Source: Lama glama
Lineage: Eukaryota
Length of the DNA: 64,000 nt
Direction: 5' to 3'
Assembly: GCA_028534125.1 (NCBI GenBank)
Contig: CM052816.1
Coordinates: forward strand, 96,040,001 to 96,104,000
The position numbers and the translations under genes are program-made. A model generated the notes under the pieces. That model was given only the letters and a program-made list of their open reading frames with translations. It did not search any database and was not told the DNA's origin. Shown in pieces: positions 49,807 through 63,444 of this stretch. Position 1 is the stretch's first letter. Every line of letters begins with the position of its first letter.

Positions 49807-52800
49807 AGGGGCATTGATCAGAGTAGTTTGAGAGCAGTGCTGGGGGAAGAAACTGGATGGTGATGAGTGGAGGGAGAATTGAGAGGTGAAGAAATAGATA
49901 TAAAAATAGAATTATTGTCTCAGTTGGCAGGCACATGAGGACAGGGGATGGCTTTTAAGGGAGCATTACTTAGTCATCCTTAAATGGAAATGGTGAAGGA
50001 AGAGGCTGAAGAGAGAAGAGAGAGGGGGAGATGGTAAGCTGGGCAAAGTCCCCGGGGCTGTAGGAGGGGACAGGATACCGGGCACAGGTGAGGGATTAGC
50101 TGACAGGAAGCAGAGCCCACCTCCAGTGAGCCCGGACTGGGGGAGGCCAGGCACCCAGGATGCGGGACAGTGAGAGGGAGGGGGTGGCTGGAAGGGGAGG
50201 GGGCTCCTGAGAACGTCCGTCTTGGCTGAGAAGGAGGAGGCAGGCCCTGGGCCAAGAGCACGGGGCTTTAGGAAGGAAGTGCTTCTTTTAAGAAGGGATA
50301 AGACTGTTGATCAAAAACGTACACAAAAGACTCCCTGTGGATATTCGGAGCCCAGTCAGTCCTTGAAACTGCTCGCATTACAGCTGAGCAGGTGGCCACA
50401 GTGCTAGGTGAACACGTTTCTGTAGTCTCTACAAGAAAGTCTGAGGAAGTACGATGAAACAGCGATAAGAGAGAAATAAAGGAGAGGCTGGATAATCTTG
50501 CCATTTAAAAATCTGGATTTCCAGGTACATTTAAAATTGCATGATTCAGTGTTACAGGCTGGAGGCTCTCTTCACAAGAGGCTAGTAAAGAAGTGAAGCA
50601 GATGCTACAGTAACGTCTTAATACAACGCAGCACACTTTCTTAGTCTCGGTTCGGCTTACCTGGCTAGGCAGGTGAGGCTGGCAGGATCTCTTCTCCAGC
50701 CTCAGTGAAATATTTGCCACTTCGGGCTCCTCTTGTCTGGTGGAGTTCATCGCTCGGCAGGCTCTAACCGCCTGCTGTGTTAGCAGGGTTACTCCCTGGA
50801 CTGCACGCTCTGGAATATTTATCCCTGGCTGAGCGGTAGCTGCTAGAACACTCCGACCCGGTACAGATGCACCCTTCACGCTGGTCCTTGTCGTTTGCCT
50901 GAATGTCTGCTCCAATAAAGAGGGAAAAAATAGTGTCCCTGTGAGACAGCATGTTTCTCAGAACACTTACTGAGTCTCATAACCATCTCTGAAATGAGTT
51001 TTAAACGTTTAATGTCCACTTAAGGCAATCGCGTCGTATTCTGCTTTTGTTTGTTTATTGATTAAAGTCGACCCAGCTCACTTGCTATTTGGAGCACGTG
51101 CTCCATTTATAGGAAAAGGAGCCATGTCGCATCCTTCCGCACAGGGAAGGACCACTGCTGGAGTGAGTCATGCCCTACACAGGCTCGCTTTGCCTCGCAG
51201 CCTTAATATCATGACTAATTCGGAGGCTTTTCTTCTGCTGCAGAATCCGGCTGGGTGCTGCTAATTCTACTCTCAGGTCCCTGAGATCTTTATCTCCAAC
51301 TCCTTGACGCTCTCACTGAGCGTCTCCCTCCTTCTGGATTTGTTGATTGGTCTGAGGATTGTTTGGAGACTTAAGAAGAGCTGTCCTTGACCCTGGATTA
51401 GCCACATGTGGCCGCAGGTCTTGGGAAGAGCATTGGAGGGAACTGAAATGGCTGTTCCAGCTCAGGCCACCACGGAGCTGGACTGGGCCGTGCCATGGAG
51501 CCCTTGAGTTCAAACACCTGCCTTTGTCCCCGCAGGTAGTCTTGGGTGATTGAAAGAACCATGACTGAAAGGGATTTTAAACTCAGGTTCTATCCGCATT
51601 CCACAGTGTGAGTGATTATTTTTCATAGCTCCTGTATTTTTCTTTTGAATAGTATAATTATTTTCCTTTGTCTTCGTGTTAAAGGTTTACTTTGTTAAAT
51701 GTTGACAGTAAGAACATGTGGCATGCTTTGTAACTTTCTGTTGGCTCATCTTTGTGTTACTGACTGGGAGCCCGGCCCCGCCCACCTCTGAGAGGCGCGT
51801 CCTCCACCATCTGTAGGGCGGCAGGTGCACATTTCCACCTGCCCTGTGAACTACCATCCTGCCCGTGGTCCTGCCTCTAACCACGCTGCCCTCATCTTGC
51901 TCACATCCCTGGGACCACTGGCGTTGCTTGGCTCACCACCTGTTCCCTCTGGGGCCAGAGATTGGAGCCTCAGTTACCCTCCAAGGCACAGTGGACTGTA
52001 ACCTTTTAGGAAAAAACAGAGGGACACTAGGTGGGAGACAAAAAAGCCATTTCTGTGCCAGGGTTCCATCCCTGTCCTAGTGTGTCCCGTGGCCCCGTGT
52101 CCTCATGGATATCCCACTGCTCCATACGAGCCCCATGGCGCTCCGTTTTCTCTCCGGGTTTTGGCTTTCTGGTGTCTAACGCCCTAGACAGTCATGTGGT
52201 CTCATGACCCTGGCCGGATTTTACCTCTTCTAAATCTAGGACCCTCATCACCACAGCAGGGACTGTAGCAGATAATTTCTAGAGTTCCTGTCAGATTTTA
52301 GAGATTCCAGAGTCTTTGAGCACGTAAACCGTGATTAAAATTGCTTCCAGCATTTCTCCCTGTTCTTCTAGTCTCAGATCTGCCATTTGACCTTTATGAA
52401 TCATAAGTGTGTATGAGTGCATGACAGTGGCCTACTTTCTCCAAGGAGGAATTAGGAAAATGTATTTTAATTAAAAATAGATTGCATAAAATTCATTTTA
52501 ATATTTTCATATGAATCTGATTAAAGTAGAGCAAGGCACCACTTACGGTTAAAAACTGTCTTGAACTCAATGCTTTTCTTTATAAAAACTAAAATTGACA
52601 TTAACTAAGTGTGACTCTGGTTTCATAACAGATTATGAATTATCCTCCTTTGGGTTTACTTGGGGAGGAAAAATGTTATGGATTCTTAAAAAGTCCTTTG
52701 ATCCATCAAAATTTGACTTCTATTATGCAAATGACTGAATTTTCGTATAATGTAATCTCAAAATCCACATGGACAAAATATTTGAACCTATCGGCAAATG

Positions 52801-54289
52801 AAGCAACTAAGGTATGAGTGCACTGCCTGTGTTACACGTTACAAATCGCACTTGGTACTAAGTTTTTATTTTAAAGTCTGTTGCTCATTTGCTATCTGAA
52901 AAAATGGAGTATTAAAAAACACACCAATTTTACCGCCATGATATTGGCATATAAGATCACACACGAGTGCATAAAAGTGTTAGAATAAAAATGCTTTCAC
53001 TGTAAAACCACTCTGCGTTATTCACTGAGTGAACTAGCTTCAATACCTACCTTGTACTTTTGTGTTGTGACTGATCTTTGACTGATGAAAGCTGAGAGGG
53101 TCCCTGTTGTATGTATTTTATAAACAATGATTAAGTTCTAACGAAAATATTTTATTGAGTTTTGGGAATTATCAATAGCTTTTGTATTACTTTTGTGTTC
53201 TAGGGCCACTAATGAAATAATTTGTCAGAATCAACATCTATATTTTATCTTGAGATGATCAATTTCTTGGTCTCAGTGGAGTTTTTATTATTTTAAGAGT
53301 ACAGATGGAATACTTTATTAGTGGAGTAGTTCAATGGGATTGCATTAAAACTGGGGCAAGATTTTTGTAAAGTTATTGTCAGGACTCTGATTTAAAACAA
53401 CCATTTCGTTTGGCCTCAAATGGTATGTTATTATATTTCATTTGTCTTCAAGCATATCATAGTGTTTCTAAGCATTAAATGGGCAATTCATTTGTTTCTC
53501 ATAATGCAGGTAGATAAAAATCTTACCATCCTTATTTTATTTATGAGTAAGAGTTGGAGATTAAATGCAGGGTGAATAAACTTCTAATTAAGCAGTATTT
53601 TTCTTGGATATATGGCTTCTTGTCCTCTAATACCAAGGCAAGGGAAAGCCATTGTCACATTGGAGGAGACAAAGCTTTATGCCCAGCACACAGCAGGGCT
53701 GAAATTTCCCTGTTAGCAACATGACAAAAAAATGACTCACTCCACTGAGGTTTCTGAACCCTAGTTTGTGTACTAATTTAATCAGCACTGTAACTTTTAA
53801 TGCTCCTGAAGCTTTTTTTAGGGGAAGTGATTCTTTAATTTCTCGTTTTCTTTCTGGTTCCCCTCCTGTGACTCAGAGGTGGACCTCCAAGGGCCTAGTC
53901 ACACGTGTCACACGTGTCATGGACAAGAGCGCGGTGACCGTGTGTGCTAACATGCCAGAATGAGTCTATTCCTCCGATCTGCGAAATGCCCCGACTGAGT
54001 CGCGGTTATGCTATTTGGCCATTCCCACCTTGAAAGCGCCTCGGGGCTGCGTGTTAGAGAGACTCCAGACCCTGTTAAATAAAGCCAGCGAGGCGAGGCC
54101 CCAGCGCCGGGAACGCCGGCTGTCTGGCGGGGTGGCCCGGGTAGCTCTTGGGCAGTGATGGACGACTGCCATTCTCATTTATATTTTCGATTTTTTGTGC
54201 CACGCGATGCCCTCACCTCAGCACACAGAGTGCTTCAGCTTCTGCTTGTTTCAAGATACAAGCAGAGGTCCCGCTCATTAATAAGTTGG

Positions 54290-56020
54290 CCAGTCTTTGT
54301 GGAGTGCCTCTGATGTGCTGAGAAGGGTCTCAGTCATGAGGTTATCCAGTAAGTGAAAGAGGAGAGCCATCGGCCGGCGCTGAGTTAACATTCCATCAGG
54401 GGAGACAAGCGGTGATAATAAGAGGATGGAATATGGACCAGGGTACCCAGCGCTAAGAGCTGAGGAGAGACATAAAGCAGGGAATGGGTTACGGCAGGGA
54501 GGGGCTTGTGATCTGCATCAGGGTACCTACCTATTGCCTCCAGCCCCGCACCTGCCCCTTTTATATTTCGCTGTCAGGGAGTCAGTGAAATTTTCAGGCT
54601 CCCGTACCAGCGGGGTCCTCGTAGGCTATGTGAATGGGAGGAACTGGCAGCTGCCGAGGAGGCTGGAGGAATACCGAGGATCACCTTTACGCCTCTGTAG
54701 GGTGGCTGAGGCCAGAGGTGATTCTAATTCCCCAGCCGAGGAGCCGGCCATCACAGCTTGCATCGCAGCTGCCGGAGGAGGGTGCAGCGGCAGGAGTAGG
54801 CTCGTGGGCTCCACCACGCCTGCCAGCAGCTGCTGGTCTGTGTGTGTCAAGCATTCTTCCCCGTGGCTCTCCCAGGCCCTGTCCTTCATCCTTTTGCTTA
54901 CTCTGTTCTTCCAGGACCTTCCCACCCAGTTCCCTATGTTAAATTTCCTCTGTTTGAGCTATCTAGGGTGATTTCTGCTTTCCTGGCTAGATCATGACTT
55001 CTACAGAATGACGCATTGAGTCAAGACTTAAAGGAGGTCAGGGGACAAGCCCTGTGGATAAGGGAGAACATAGTGTTCCAGGCGGAGGGAAGAGCAGGTG
55101 TGCAAGGCCCAGAGGTGGGGGTGCACTTGACAGGATGGAGTAACAGCAGGGAGGCCAGGATGACCAGAATGATCCTTGGAGGTGAGTAATGGAGATGAGC
55201 TCAGAAGGCTAATAGGGGCCAGGGCCTGTAGGGCCTTTAAGAATTTTGACCTTGATTTTGAGTGAGGTAGGGAGCCACTGGAAGATTTTGAGTAGATGAA
55301 TGGTGTAGCAGAGGAACTAGCAGGACGTAAAGGATCACCCTGGCTGCTGTGCTGAGGATGGACTGAACTGCGGGTGAGCAGGTGGATGCAGGGCAGGGAG
55401 GGCAGTTTGGGGGCTGGTGAGTCATCTAGGCTGGTGATGGTGGTGGCTTGGATGAGGGTGTTAGCAGCAGACACCAGGAAGCCATGGCCATATTTGTGTT
55501 ATAGCTTATTTAGAAGTCAGTTCCGAAGTATTTCGTTTCAGATTGTATATGTGCTGTGAGAGAAAGAGAAAGGCAGGAGTGACTCCAAGGCTTTTGACCT
55601 GAGCAGTAGGTTAGAGTGGAAGTGCTGTTTACTGAGAGGAGGGAGACTGTAAGAGAGTCACACTTGGAAAGAATATCAGGAGCTCAATTTTGGACATGTT
55701 AAATATGAGATGCTTCTTTCGCATCCAAGTGGAAATGTCAAGTAGTCAGTTGCGTATACAAGTGGGGGGTTCTGGGGAGCAGTCTTGGCTGGAAGTAGAC
55801 ATTTGGGTTTTATTAGCTTACAGATACCATGTAAAGCCATGAGACTGGATGAAATCTGTAGGGGAACTAATACAGATTAGAAAAAGAGAAGAGATCCAGT
55901 GAGTGAACCCTGGAGTAATTCAGTGTTTGGAGAGAGGAGGCAGCAAATAAGATGGGGAGTGGACACTCAGTGATAATATCCTGGAAGCCCAGTGAAGAAA
56001 ATGCTCCTTTCCCAGCGGGT
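54290..56020 (-). mobile_element. LINE-2 (L2a-like), best preserved at 55006-56020
   Basis: gtgttccaggcggagggaagagcaggtgtgcaaggccc...gggagccactggaagattttgagtag...aaaggatcaccctggctgctgtg...ttttggacatgttaaatatgagatgc. Confidence 0.85.
54507..55005 (+). mobile_element. LTR33-like ERVL solo LTR inserted in L2
   Basis: 3' end ttccctatgttaaatttcctctgtttgagctatctagggtgatttctgctttcctggctagatcatgacttctaca resembles the LTR33 family terminus; TG...CA ends; L2 on both sides. Confidence 0.65.
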
Positions 56021-56319
56021 TAACAGCTGAAAACAGAGACTTGGCTCTGAACCCCAGAACGCAGGAGGCCGATATTAATGTACAAGCAGGAGAGGACTGC
56101 TGAGGCACGGAAGGGTCTCGTCCTGTCTAAGCTGAGACTGAGGTCCACCTAAGCGGTGGAACCATTTGGCTGATGAATATCTAGTTCATTTGCAGATAAA
56201 TATCTAGTAATTTTTAAGGAACAGTGTTGTATGAGGTTACCACATATAAGGAGAAATCTTAAAGTTGATCTGACTCCTTAATGGAGGTCCTTACTGGCCG
56301 GTTGTTGAGGAGTAGAAGG

Positions 56320-56490
56320 AGCAGCATGGCCTAAGGCAAGGGTTTGGGTTTACCTCCTGAGACGTGATGATGTTGTGAACTTGGGTAAATTGCTTAATAA
56401 TCTGTGTCTCCATTAACACTTTAAAAAGTGGGCACAGTAAAGCTGCCTTTGTAGGATACTTGAGTAGGGGAAATGAGAGTTTGTGTGCAT
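56320..56490 (+). mobile_element. MIR SINE
   Basis: tgtgaacttgggtaaattgcttaataatctgtgtctc...taaaaagtggg. Confidence 0.7.
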
Positions 56491-57113
56491 TTATGTGTAT
56501 GTGAAAATACGAACTTACAGCCCCAGATGTCTTTATACCCAACATGAAAAATAGCTGGCATCAAGCTTAAATATAGCTGTGTAGTGCTGTCAACTATTAA
56601 CAGTTTTTGAAAACTCTATGAGGCACAGTGATTTGAGGAACTAGCAGTGATGAAAGGAATAAGAAATCTGAATATTTCATCTCTCTGATTTTTGTCTGGA
56701 TTTTAATGATAGTAACTGTATAATGCAAAGGTATGTTGAGAAACTTATAATTTAGGAGTTAAAGAGAAAAATTCAAATTGTTGTATGGATGGTTCAAGCC
56801 AGATTCAAACATTTTCTGAATTTAAGAAAATGGACTAGAATTATATAAAACATGATTCATTCAAATTTAGAACTCATTTGAATGCTTATATTTCTTAATT
56901 CCAAAGAGTCAGCCCTACTTTAAAAAAAAAAAGCATATCTACAAAAAATAAAGCTTCAGCATGGAAATCATAAATTCTGCATTTCATAGTGAGGAAATAA
57001 AATCTTAGCTGGTAAATCCATGGATCAAGGTATAAATCCTTAACTCAAAATAATTAGTTTTGGGACTATAATGCAAAGCAAAATATATGAATGTGTGAAT
57101 TCTTTCATGATAG

Positions 57114-57450
57114 TTTTTTTTTAATTGAAGTGTAGTCAGTTTACAATGTTGTGTTAATTTCTTGTGTGTATACAGCATAATGATTCGGCTATATATATAT
57201 ATATATATATATCCCTTTTCATATTCTTTTCATTATACAAGGTAGTAAATTTAGTTCCCTGTGCTATAGGGTAGGACATTGTCATTTATCTATTTTATAT
57301 ATAGTGGTTAGTATCTGCAAATCCTGAACTCCCAATTTACTCATCATGCTCCCTTTCCCCACTGGTAACCACAAGTTTGTTTTCTATGTCTATGAGTCTG
57401 TTTCTGTTTTGTAAATAAGTTCATCATTATGTTTTAGATTTTACATATAA
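57114..57450 (-). mobile_element. Camelid-type L1 3' end containing a (TA)n tract
   Basis: ttaattgaagtgtagtcagtttacaatgttgtg...ggtaaccacaagtttgttttctatgtctatgagtctgtttctgttttgtaaataagttcat; CATGATAG on both sides (57106-57113, 57451-57458) is a possible TSD. Confidence 0.9.
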
Positions 57451-57591
57451 CATGATAGAGTTTTTAACCATAACATATAAGGCTAATTTTGAAAATTATA
57501 TTCAGGTTGACAGAGAGTTTCTGTCATATATGACTCTTGTTTGACCAAGATTTGGTAAACAGATGATTTTTAAGTTGAAAAATGATATAGG

Positions 57592-60500
57592 GGACTTTAC
57601 AGTCTGGCCATGATGGGAAAAAGGGATCTGATTTACTTTCTTGCTTAAACTTGAAAAACCAGACAAAGTACTAGCAAGTACAGCTTTCAGACAATGGACA
57701 ACAGGCAGAGGGTGGAATAGGGTTGTAATTACTCAGAGAAGGGAAATAAACAGGATGAGTCCTATAATTGCTCCAACTCACTGAGAGTAGTTTCCAAGAC
57801 AGCACAGTGATGGGGAATCCAAACATAGATCAGCGTAAATCAAGCCTCAGTACATTTAAAAGCGTTGAAATCATGCCTGTGTGATCAATGAGCACATCAG
57901 ATTCAAACTAAAAATCAATAACAGAATGATATATAGAAAATTGTGTTGGAATTTAAACAGTATAATTCTAAATGGCTCATAGGTCAAATAAAAAAATAAA
58001 AGGAAAACTAAAATGTTTTCATCTGAATGACAATAAAAGCAACAACTTATCCAAATTTGTGATATAGCTAAAGCAGAACTTGAGGGCAATATACATCATT
58101 CTTTACTGATATTAGGGATGGAAAAAGATCTGTTATCAATGATTTGGGGATCTTCCTTAAGGAAGTCTTTAAAAAAGGCAAATGAAACCTACGGTAAACA
58201 GAAGGAAGAAGAAAATGAAGATAAGAGCATAAGTCAGTTAAGTAGAAATAAACAATAATGAAGATCAATGAAAATAAAACCTAGCTGCTTAACAAGAGCA
58301 ATAATATCAGTAAACCTTCTAACCAGATTGGTTAGAAACAAGAGAGAGAGATATTTATCGATACTAGGAATGAATGAGAAGACATCACTACATAACGTAC
58401 AGGAGTTAAAGAAAATAGTAATGGAAAACGATAAACAACTCTATGCCAATAATTTGACAACTTAGATGAAATGGATACATTCTTTGAAGATAAATAGTCT
58501 ATCCAAGGTCACTTAAGAGAATTCAGATGAACTGACTAATTCTGTATCCATTAAATAAATTAAATTTGTAGTTAAAAATCTTCCAGCAAAGAAAACTTCA
58601 AATTCAGATGTCGTTAGCACTGAATTTTGACAAATACTTATGGAAAAAAATGACACTGATAGTATTCTTTCAGATTGGAAGATGATGAACACTTCTCAGC
58701 TTATTTAAGAAGTCATCATTACTCTTACCAAAACCAGAGAAGACGTTCCAAAATATGAAATGATAGACCAATGTCTCCCACAAACATAGGTACAAAAACC
58801 CTTAATAACATTTTAGCAATTGAATCCAGCACTTTGTATAAAGGATAATACATATATCCAAGTAGGTTTTACTGCATAAATGTAACATTGTTTGGGATTT
58901 CCAAGGTTTAACACTTGAAAATCAACAGAAATCATTGTATTAACTGACCAAAAATATTTTTAAAAATTTATTGGAATAGATATAGAAAAATTATTTGATA
59001 AAAATTCAACACCCGTTCATGACAAAAACTAGAACTAGAAGGTATTGTGACAACATGACAAAAGGCATTTAAAAAAATCTAAATCTAACATGACATTTAA
59101 TGGTGAAAGGCTGAGTACTTTCCCCACAAGGATGTTGACTCTTACCATTTTTAGTACTTTTAGTTATCATTGTACTAGCACTGGAAAAGGTAATAATAGA
59201 TGAATAAAATATATATATATGAATAAAATATAATAAAAGTAATTTAATAAACAAATGACATATATATTAGACAGGAAGAATCACAGCTGTCTCCTCCTCT
59301 CTCTCCCTGTTCCTCTTCTTCTCCTTTTTCTTTTCCTCTTCCTCCTCTTTCTCCTTCTTCTCCTCCTTCCCCTTCTTCTCCTCCTTCCCCTCCTTTTACC
59401 TTTCAAACAAGATTGTCTATATGGAAGATCCTAACTGAAATCTTGAAAAGAACTATTAGAACTATTAAGTGAACTTCTCATGCTTTCAAAATACGTAGTG
59501 AATATAAAAAATTTAATTGCCTTGTGATATACTATTAACCAATAATTTGAAATTGAAATTAAATTGTATCAGTTACAGTAGCTTATAAATATGAAGTAAG
59601 GATACCCCTTTAACAAAATATTTGCAGGAGCCCAACATTGAAAACTACCCAACATTCCTGAGAAAATTAAAAAGACCTAAAAAATTGGAGATAAATATTC
59701 ATGAATCAGAAATTTAATGTTAAAGATATAAATTCAGCTATACCATATGTATTGCATCCATAGATTCATGCAGATCCAATCAAAATTTTATGTACTTTAA
59801 TTGTGTAAATTAAAAATCTAATTTTAAAACTTATGTGGAAATGCAAAGGATTTAGATAAACTGAGACAGTTTGGGAAAGAAGAGCAATGTTGGAAGTCTT
59901 ACAGTACCTGAACAGTGTGATGTCTGCACAAGAATAAACATCGATATCAATGCAACAGACAGCAGAGACAGAAATAGACCCACATATCTACTGTCAATTC
60001 ATTTTCAACAAATGGTTCTGGAAAAACTGGACATCTCTCTGCAAGAATTAACTGGAATGGATCATAGATCTAAAGTTAAGAGCTACAATTATAAAACCTC
60101 TAGAAGAAAACCTTAGAACATCAATTTCTGAGACCTTGAATTAGGCAGATATTTGTTAGAATACAAATAGCACATAAAAGTAAGTTTGAGAAACTGGATC
60201 ACATAAAAATTAAAAACATTTGCTCTTTAAAGACACCATTGAGAAAATCGAAGAGCAGTCCAGATGCTATGTGAAAATATTTACAAAACATATATCTGCT
60301 AAAATTCTTGTGTCCTGAATATATAAAGAAACTCTTACAACTTTGGAAAATAAATAATCCACAATTTAAAAACTGGACTAAAGATTTAGACAATTTGCAA
60401 AATACTAATGACAACCATGGTGAGATGTCCCTACACATCCAGCAGAGTGACTAAAGTGAAAAAGACTGATCATACCAAGCATTGGCAGGGATGAAGTGAA

Positions 60501-61130
60501 AATGGACCTCTTGCGCTTTGCTGTTGATGATGCAACACAGTACAGCCACTTTGGAAAACACACAGTTTCTTCAAAAGTTAAATATATACTTTCCCTAAAT
60601 TCCAGCAAACCTACTTACAGCTATTTGCCCAAGGGCAAAGAAAAGTTGAATAATATCTTCAGAAAAAAATTTACCCAAATGTTCACAGCAACTTCATTCT
60701 AACGAAAAACTGGAAACAACTCAAAAGTCCATCAATGGGAATGGACAGATTAATTATGTAAAACAGAATTCACGGAAGTAGAAAGAAACAAACTGGTTAT
60801 ACAGAGCACAAAATAGATATCTTAAAGGTATTATGCTAAGTGAAAGATTCCAGATAGAAAAGACTACGTATTCTGTCTTACCACATTTTGTGAAATTCTT
60901 TACAAGGTAAAACTAAAGTAGAGCAAAACCTATTAGTAGTTGCCTGGGTATAGGGCAAAGGAAGGAATTCAGGTGCAAAGGCTCGTGAAAGAATGAGTGA
61001 AGTTAATGTAAGTATTTTAGGTCACAATTGAGGTGGTGGTAACAAGGTGTATATATTTGTTAAAAGTCATCAAATTTTAATTGGTAAATATTACTATGTC
61101 TGAATTATACCTCATAAAGCTGATTTTGAA
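57592..61130 (+). mobile_element. Old, internally deleted L1 (L1MC/MD-like): 5' end, disabled ORF2 pieces, 3' UTR
   Basis: A-rich strand; ORF2 remnants (aaacaactctatgccaataatttgacaacttagatgaaatgga = KQLYAN..NLDEM; tagaactattaagtgaactt; ataaaaattaaaaacatttgctct) with many stops and frameshifts; 3' end tgaattatacctcataaagctg. Confidence 0.85.
59290..59400. repeat. (CTC/CTT)n polypyrimidine tract
   Basis: About 110 bp almost purely C/T. Confidence 0.9.
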
Positions 61131-61835
61131 AAGTATTTTAGTTCCAACTTTAATGGAGAAGAATGGACACGTCAGAGTGTCAGATCCAGTAGTCAAGTTG
61201 CTGAAGAAATCGCCTGAGTTTGTCAAAACACAGTGCCACGTTTCCTTGGTACTAAGGTCAAGTGTTACGTGAGAACTTTACAATGAGAAAAATAGGAATC
61301 ATGTTATGCAACATTTAATAATATGTGTGTGTGTGTATTTGTATGTGGGTATCAGCAAAGCTACTCAAAGTCCAAGATGTTCAGGTCTTGAATGAAAAAC
61401 CACCACATAAACTGTTCAATCAGTAAAGTTTTTCCCTCCAGAGTTATTTTAAAAACTAAAAACCCTATAGTTCAAGTTAACACGATATGAGAGGTAATTT
61501 ATATAGAAAATTGCTTCTTCAAACCCTGCCCCCACCCAAGGGCAATATTTGGTGGAAAATATTTCTGACTCATATGTGCTTTGAGAAGATGTCATCACAT
61601 CTGAGAACTGCTGATTTGTAAGTTACTTTTTAATTTAAGAGATAATAATACTTCTTGGAATTAGCAGCTATTAAAAGCGTGGAGAGGAAGAGAGGCGTGC
61701 ATTTAGCTGCAGTAATTTGGGTTGTAATGCATACAACCCTTTTCCTTGCCGGGCTGATTTTCCATAGGTGGTCCTCTCCTTCTCCGTACTTCTCTAATCA
61801 GAAGTGGGGCGATAAGAGAACCCGTTCATTCAGAG

Positions 61836-62041
61836 CAGCGCTGTCAATAGACCTTTCTGTGAGGGTGGAAATACGTATATTCTACACTGGCGAACATGGT
61901 AGCCATTAGCCACGTGTAGCTGTTGAGGACCGAGATGTTACTCGTGCAACTGAAGCAATGAACTTTAATTTTATTTAATTTGCTAAAATGAAAATATAAA
62001 AAGTCATCTGTTCGTGGTGACTACCATGCTGGATAGCGCAG
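61836..62041. mobile_element. MER3 (hAT-Charlie)
   Basis: cagcgctgtcaatagacctttctgtga...tggtagccattagccacgtgtagct...tgactaccatgctggatagcgcag. Confidence 0.85.
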
Positions 62042-62747
62042 GGATGGGCCTTCGGTGCCTAGCACTGTAAATGAGCTTGGCATGGGCTGTATTCCTGTGT
62101 GTCTATGCAAAGGCCCTTCTGAACTGACATTATCTCTGAGTCAGTTTTTGGAAAGCATCATGGTTCACATTTTGAGAAAACTGAGCTAGGGAAAGGAAAA
62201 CTGGGGAATTGTTGTAATTCTGCTATTAACTATTTCTCTAATGTAAAGGAAATCTCTTATTGCCTTTCCTTTTGGTCTCAATCTCTTTAAGCAAAAAATG
62301 TATCAAAGACTTGACCACACCAATGATTCTGTTCTCTTTAAACTTGGACAGTAATGTAGCCAAAGGACCTTTGGGACATTCCTTATCTCTTTAAGAAACT
62401 CCCTCTTCTCTAACTCTTCTAAATAATATAATGAAATTCTGTATTATGAGAGCGAAATAGAAATTGAGATTTCTGTTGACATTGTTGACATTGACAATGT
62501 TTTTTATCACAAATACTTAGTAGGAAAAAATCAACACATTTTATATAAGGAGTGATTTGACCTTGAATTTTCATAATTTCTACAATTAATTAACTTATAA
62601 AGTGGGACCATATACCACTTTAGACAGAACACTTTTTCTTACTATCTAGGTGCAAACAACTCAGATATGAAATATTAATATATATTTTAAGTCACCAATG
62701 CAGTGAATTTTAGGAACTCTTCCTCTGAAAGCTCCCTGACTTACAAC

Positions 62748-63190
62748 ATCAGTTAGAAATATCTAGGCTGCAAGTAATGGATGACCGAGCTAACAGTGAT
62801 AAAAATCGTAAGGATATTTATTGTTCTCTAACTCAACTGAAAGAATTAGGCATCAGGCGCTGGTTCAGAAGCTCAGAAATGTCAGCAGGGACCCAAACTC
62901 TGTCATTTTGCTCAATGGTCCTCATGGAGTTGGCGCTGGCTTTTTGTTTTCACTTCGTGTTTGGATGTCTGTTGGCAGCACTCGGAGGCAGGCAGCAGCA
63001 GGAGAGTGGAGAATAACCTACTTCTTTACTCATCTGTTTCATATCAGAATCAGCAGCAAAAGCAAACCCTTTCATGGGAGCCATGTGCAGAACTGTTTAT
63101 ATGCAAGTGGCCAGCGCTGTGTCACAGGGCTGTCTCTGGGTGTACAGGGAAAGGAAGTGTCTGGCATAAGGAAATGGGGAAATCCATGAA
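62748..63190 (-). mobile_element. MLT1J/K-type solo LTR (degenerate)
   Basis: tcagttagaaat...ggctgcaagtaa...ggttcagaagctcagaaatgtcagcagggaccc...tgtgtcacaggg...agggaaaggaagtg. Confidence 0.6.
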
Positions 63191-63444
63191 TTAACCCCTG
63201 AATCTAGCAGGTCTGGGAATAGGGTAAGGAACTCACCTTGGGTGCATGTATCAGAGGCACCGTAAAAGTCAGTAACTAAGATAAGATAACAGCAAAAAAA
63301 CAATATTAATGACAAAAGAAATCATGATGAACAAACTATCCAGATGTTAAATAGACAGGATCAGCTGTCTCTGGCCAACTCTGGAACTCCAGTGTCTTTA
63401 TTTAATATATTGATAACTTGTTCCTCCTGGACTTTTTTTTTTTT

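Noticed and set aside
49374..49817. 147-aa ORF
   Set aside because: Coincides with the MLT1C-type LTR.
54426..54971. 181-aa ORF
   Set aside because: Lies across L2 and an LTR33-like LTR; GC-rich chance ORF with no recognisable protein similarity.
57840..60400. Functional reverse transcriptase/endonuclease gene
   Set aside because: L1 ORF2 remnant with many stops, frameshifts and deletions.
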